A stretch of 64,000 nt of DNA from an uncultured Arcobacteraceae bacterium (GTDB taxonomy: Bacteria > Campylobacterota > Campylobacteria > Campylobacterales > Arcobacteraceae). Below the pieces are notes generated by a model. It saw only the letters and a list, made by a program, of their open reading frames with translations. It was not told the DNA's origin and ran no database searches. Shown in pieces: positions 59,943 to 64,000 of this stretch. Where the stretch lies: contig CAXHZO010000008.1 in assembly GCA_964022095.1 (NCBI GenBank), positions 18,729 through 82,728 of the forward strand. Direction: 5' to 3'. The stretch's first letter is position 1; each line of letters opens with the position of its first letter. The position numbers and the translations under genes were made by a program.

Positions 59943-61436
59943 TTAAATAGTTCTCCATTTAGCAGGCCCAGTAGTATGAATAGAAACACCTTCAGTATCA
60001 ACTGCAACAGTAACAGGCATGTCTTTTACTTCAAACTCATAAATAGCTTCCATACCCATCTCTTCAAATGCAAGAACTTTTGCATCTTTAATTGATTGTG
60101 AAATTAAATAAGCAGCACCACCTGTTGCAATTAAATACATAGATTTGTACTCTTTGATTAAATCAATTGTTGGTTGCTTTCTCTCAGCCTTACCAATCAT
60201 TCCCATAATCCCAATTTCCATCATATCTTTTGTAAATTTATCCATTCTAGTAGATGTAGTTGGACCTGCTGGTCCTACTTTTTCATCTCTTACTGGATCA
60301 ACTGGTCCTACGTAGTAAATAAATCTATCTTTTAAATCAACTCCATTTGGAAGTGGCTTACCTGCATTTTTGTACTCAACAATTTTTTTGTGAGCGGCAT
60401 CCCTTGCAGTTAAGATTTTTCCTGATAATAATAATGTATCACCTGATTTAAATTGAGATAAATTCTCTTTTGTTAAATCTTCAATATTTACTTTTTTAAT
60501 AGTATCCATTGGTAATTCAATATCTGGCCAAAGGTCTAAGTCTGGTTTAACAAATTTAGCTGGTCCATTTCCATCTAATTCAAAATGAATATGTCTAGTA
60601 GCAGCACAGTTAGGAATCATAGCAACTGGAAGTGATGCTGCATGACATGGATAATCTAAAATCTTAACATCAACAACAGTAGTTAAACCACCAAGTCCTT
60701 GTGCTCCAATACCAATTTTGTTAATATCTTCATATAATCTTAATCTTAACTCTTCAAGTGCGTTTTGAGGACCTCTTGCTTTTAAGTCTTGAATATCAAC
60801 ATGCCCCATTAAAGCTTCTTTTGCTAAAAGCATTGATTTCTCTGGATTACCACCAATACCAATACCTAAAATACCTGGAGGACACCATCCTGCTCCCATT
60901 TCTCTAACATTAGCCATAACCCAGTCATAAACTGAATCAGATGGGTTTAGTACTGCAAATTTAGATTTGTTTTCACTACCTCCACCTTTAGCTGCAACTG
61001 TGATATCTAGTTTATCAGACTGAGAATCAACAGAAAAATGAATAACTGCTGGAGTATTGTCTTTAGTGTTTTTTCTCTCTCCTGCAGGATCAGATACTAC
61101 TGAGAATCTTAATGTATTATCTGGATCTGTATAACCTTTAGCAACACCTGCATTTAACACATCTTCTAATTGTTTAGAAACATCTAACTTGGCTTTTAAT
61201 CCAAGTTTAACAAAGATATTTACTGAACCTGTATCTTGACATAAAGGTCTATGTCCCATTGCACACATTTTAGAGTTAATTAAAATTTGTCCAATTGCAT
61301 TTTTTGCTGATTCACTTTGCTCTTTTTCATATGCTTCTACCATACTTTTTACAAAGTCTTCTGGGTGATAAAAAGAAATATATTGACATGCGTCGGCTAT
61401 ACTATCTACTATATCTTGTTCTGTTATTACGCTCAT
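59943..61436 (-). CDS. Class I (Fe-S) fumarate hydratase
   Basis: CQDTG, KGGGSEN, GWCPP, CAATRH, GPTTSTRM; fused alpha and beta domains. Confidence 0.95.
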   Translation of the reverse strand: MSVITEQDIVDSIADACQYISFYHPEDFVKSMVEAYEKEQSESAKNAIGQILINSKMCAMGHRPLCQDTGSVNIFVKLGLKAKLDVSKQLEDVLNAGVAKGYTDPDNTLRFSVVSDPAGERKNTKDNTPAVIHFSVDSQSDKLDITVAAKGGGSENKSKFAVLNPSDSVYDWVMANVREMGAGWCPPGILGIGIGGNPEKSMLLAKEALMGHVDIQDLKARGPQNALEELRLRLYEDINKIGIGAQGLGGLTTVVDVKILDYPCHAASLPVAMIPNCAATRHIHFELDGNGPAKFVKPDLDLWPDIELPMDTIKKVNIEDLTKENLSQFKSGDTLLLSGKILTARDAAHKKIVEYKNAGKPLPNGVDLKDRFIYYVGPVDPVRDEKVGPAGPTTSTRMDKFTKDMMEIGIMGMIGKAERKQPTIDLIKEYKSMYLIATGGAAYLISQSIKDAKVLAFEEMGMEAIYEFEVKDMPVTVAVDTEGVSIHTTGPAKWRTI

Positions 61437-61464
61437 TTTTTCCCTTTTGCTTAGAAATTTAATA

Positions 61465-61473
61465 ATTATACCA
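61465..61473 (-). promoter_or_regulatory. Extended -10 promoter for the fumarase gene
   Basis: Reverse complement reads TGgTATAAT, 28 bp before the ATG. Confidence 0.6.
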
Positions 61474-61570
61474 ATGTAGGGATGAAATTCATCTTTTTTG
61501 TAGGTATTTAAAGTGATTATTTTAAAATATGTTTAGTTTTGAAATATAATTTTGTAGTTTTGAAAAATAG

Positions 61571-61599
61571 TAAAATTAAGGCAATTTGCCTTAATTTTA
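61571..61599 (-). terminator. Terminator after the lyase gene
   Basis: TAAAATTAAGGCA-att-TGCCTTAATTTTA perfect inverted repeat. Confidence 0.75.
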
Positions 61600-61607
61600 A
61601 ATGATTA

Positions 61608-62591
61608 TTAAGAGAAGAATCTTTTAGTTACATCTTCCATTAATTTAGCACCAGAGAAGTGTGCTCTTTGAACTAATTCCCAGAAATATCTGTAAGTAGC
61701 TCTATCATGTAATTCACCATCATATTGGATTGGTCCCCACTCAGCATCTTGTGCTAATAATAAAATATTTTGAGCAGCTTCTAATTCAGTAAAGTCTGGT
61801 TTCATAGCATCAACAATTGCTGTTACTTGTGTTGGGTAAATTGACCACATTCTCATGAATCCGAACTCATTTCTAGCTCTTTCAGCATCTTTATAAGTTT
61901 GGTATGGGTTTTTAAGATCAAGTGTTACATTGTGTGCTGGAATAACATGGTTTTGGATAGCTGCTTGTGCAACTTTCGCTTTTGCTGCACCAATTAATCT
62001 GTGATCAAATTGACCAGGAGATCTCATATTAGATGCAGGAATTGCACCTTGGTAACCAGAAACAAAGTCCATTAATCCAAAGTCTAAAACTTGTAGCCAT
62101 GGTAATGTAGCAGTTTTCTCTACATCTTGTAATGCACCATGAGTTTCAATTAAGATATGAATTGGAATTTCTCTTGAAATACCAGCTTCTTTAGCTACTT
62201 TTTGAATATACTCAATTTGAGTTTTAGCTTCTTCATATGAAGTTGATTTAGGTAAAGTAATGTATGCTAATTTTTCACCAGCACCAGGAACTAAAATATC
62301 AACATCTTGTCTCCAATCTGGGTGAGAGAAATCATGAATTCTTGTACCAGCCATACCATATGGGTTAGCATCAGAGTTAACAACTCTAACAATCATATTT
62401 GCATGCTCAACTTCTTTACCAGTTTCTGCACCATCTTCACAGTCACAAGTAATATCAAAAACAGGTCCAAGTTTTTTTTGCATCTCGAAACCTTTTAAAA
62501 TTAGTTTCTCGCTTCCTGCAAAGTGCTCACAAGTTGGAATAATTGGTAAAGATTTACCAGATTCAAATAGTGCTTCGTTTGGGTGTGTCAT
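61608..62591 (-). CDS. CitE/HpcH-family CoA-ester lyase
   Basis: DCEDG, LPK, LIET, FGLMDF, WSIYPTQ. Confidence 0.85.
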   Translation of the reverse strand: MTHPNEALFESGKSLPIIPTCEHFAGSEKLILKGFEMQKKLGPVFDITCDCEDGAETGKEVEHANMIVRVVNSDANPYGMAGTRIHDFSHPDWRQDVDILVPGAGEKLAYITLPKSTSYEEAKTQIEYIQKVAKEAGISREIPIHILIETHGALQDVEKTATLPWLQVLDFGLMDFVSGYQGAIPASNMRSPGQFDHRLIGAAKAKVAQAAIQNHVIPAHNVTLDLKNPYQTYKDAERARNEFGFMRMWSIYPTQVTAIVDAMKPDFTELEAAQNILLLAQDAEWGPIQYDGELHDRATYRYFWELVQRAHFSGAKLMEDVTKRFFS

Positions 62592-62618
62592 ATTTTTATC
62601 CTTTTTATTAAATTGAAT

Positions 62619-63677
62619 TTATTTTTTTGTAATTTTTTTTGGAATGATTACTGTGTAATCTAAATCAAGTACAACGTTCTTTAAGTACTTACCGTCTTCA
62701 CCTTTTGGATTCTCAATCTCAGAAGATTTTTGATTTTTCACAGCAATCGTTCTTAATCTTAATAATCCTATATCATCTCTTTTGTGATCAATTGTATCTA
62801 ATACTTCTGTATAAGCATAGATAGTATCTCCAGCATATGTTGGATTAGCATGAGCACCAGAGTTAATAGCATACATCCATTGTGCATTTTGTAAACCATT
62901 AAATGAAATTGCTCTTGCCATTGAAATAACAATTCCACCATACATTAATCTCTCTCCCATAGGAGTAGATTTCATCATATGGTCATTAAAATGAACTTTT
63001 GCATTGTTTTGGTATAACTTTGTTGCTAGTGTATGGTCACTATTATCAATTGTAATACCTTCTGGGTGATTTAATCTTTCACCAATTTTGTAATCTTCAA
63101 AGAAAAACTTTCCACCAGTTGAATCAGTATCAACAGATTTTACAACTGGAATATTAATCTCATCAGCTATAGGAGTACACTCTTCAAATGTTGGAATTTC
63201 TTTAATTCCTGATAATGTTTCTTTATCTTTTTTATGAACCATTACCCATCTTTTGAAATTTAATACTTCTTCACCTTTTTGGTTTACACCAATTGAGTGA
63301 ACATAAACAACTCCAGATTTACCATTTGAGTTCTCTTTTAACCCAATAACAGTTGAAGTCATAGAAACTGTATCCCCTGTATACACTGGATTAGGGAAAG
63401 AGATCTCTGCATAACCTAAATTAGCAATTGCATTTAATGAAATATCTTGAACTGACTTACCAAATGTTAAGTGAAAGTTTAATGTATCATCAATTGGTCT
63501 TTTTTCATATCCCATTTCATTTGCTACAACATCAGATGAGTGTAAAGCAAATCTAGAACCAGTAAAAGCAATGTATAAAGATACATCACCTTCACTAATT
63601 GTTCTAGGAAGAGGGTGAATGATTTTTTGACCTATTGAAAAATCTTCAAAAAAGTTACCCATATTTATTTTAGACAT
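62619..63677 (-). CDS. mch: Double hot-dog MaoC dehydratase, mesaconyl-C1-CoA hydratase-like
   Basis: GNFFEDF..RTISEGDVSLY..GSRFAL..FGKSVQDISLNAIANLGYA closely follows Chloroflexus/Rhodobacter Mch as remembered; 352 aa. Confidence 0.75.
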   Translation of the reverse strand: MSKINMGNFFEDFSIGQKIIHPLPRTISEGDVSLYIAFTGSRFALHSSDVVANEMGYEKRPIDDTLNFHLTFGKSVQDISLNAIANLGYAEISFPNPVYTGDTVSMTSTVIGLKENSNGKSGVVYVHSIGVNQKGEEVLNFKRWVMVHKKDKETLSGIKEIPTFEECTPIADEINIPVVKSVDTDSTGGKFFFEDYKIGERLNHPEGITIDNSDHTLATKLYQNNAKVHFNDHMMKSTPMGERLMYGGIVISMARAISFNGLQNAQWMYAINSGAHANPTYAGDTIYAYTEVLDTIDHKRDDIGLLRLRTIAVKNQKSSEIENPKGEDGKYLKNVVLDLDYTVIIPKKITKK

Positions 63678-63686
63678 ATTTTTCCC

Positions 63687-64000
63687 TTATTTACCAAATA
63701 GGTTTTGACCTAATGATTTATATGTTTCATATAATGTAATCATTTTAGTCGCCCATTTAATTTTAGAACCATCAACAAGTTTATCATTGTACATGATAAC
63801 TTCTTTACCTTCTTTTTTAGCTGCTTCCCAAGCTTTAATCATTCCTTCGAACATTTCAACTTCAGCTTGTTTTGGAGTAAAGATATCATTAATGTATTCA
63901 ATTTGAACTGGATGGATTAATGATTTACCATCAAATCCTAAATTGAATGCATCTTTAGTTGAATCTTCACAAGCAAACTCATCTTTAACATCAAAGTGAG
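63687..64000 (-). CDS. CitE-family lyase or thioesterase, C-terminal part (5'-truncated; not in the ORF track)
   Basis: Manual translation: HFDVKDEFACEDSTKDAFNLGFDGKSLIHPVQIEYINDIFTP...GQNLFGK*; GFDGKxxIHPxQ is a CitE signature; stop lies 9 bp before mch. Confidence 0.85.
   Translation of the reverse strand, partial: HFDVKDEFACEDSTKDAFNLGFDGKSLIHPVQIEYINDIFTPKQAEVEMFEGMIKAWEAAKKEGKEVIMYNDKLVDGSKIKWATKMITLYETYKSLGQNLFGK

Noticed and set aside
1457-62498. Short overlapping or antisense ORFs in the track (e.g. 1457-1654, 2817-3182, 17879-18175, 18226-18531, 20225-20596, 38684-38992, 56336-56683, 62307-62498)
   Set aside because: They lie within or opposite well-supported genes and show shadow-frame composition (F/S/L/I-rich) with no recognisable motifs.

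Overview
AT-rich chromosomal segment from a Campylobacterota bacterium, most likely Arcobacteraceae. This is inferred from gene content, gene order and epsilonproteobacterial-type CheZ/FliY/Pfl proteins. 1-17.3 kb is housekeeping: fusA 3' part, NAD kinase, recN, a Cache/CZB chemoreceptor, U32 protein, GT9-like protein, purE, glyQ, Nif3, zinc-ribbon protein, waaA, pseudouridine synthase, ffh-rpsP-KH-rimM. 17.3-50.5 kb is one flagellar/chemotaxis cluster (rod, two hook genes, MS/C ring, export apparatus, stator, FlhFG, PflA/PflB-like TPR proteins, several unknown ORFs) with internal sigma70-type promoters. 50.5-58.4 kb is a mixed run (BatD-like, HlyD-like, molybdopterin oxidoreductase, MFS, orphan kinase, flavin reductase). 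58.4-64 kb is on the minus strand: mscL, FAH-like protein, class I fumarase, two CitE-like lyases and a mesaconyl-CoA hydratase-like gene. Best leads: (1) a candidate C5-dicarboxylate (methylmalyl/mesaconyl/citramalyl-CoA) module; (2) a Na+-type stator lacking both canonical MotA prolines; (3) an apparently split PflB scaffold, with the membrane anchor possibly on a separate SPOR-like protein; (4) a recent 30-aa duplication in the FliK ruler. No rRNA, tRNA, CRISPR or mobile element was seen. All homology calls come from motif recognition and remembered reference sequences; no searches were run.
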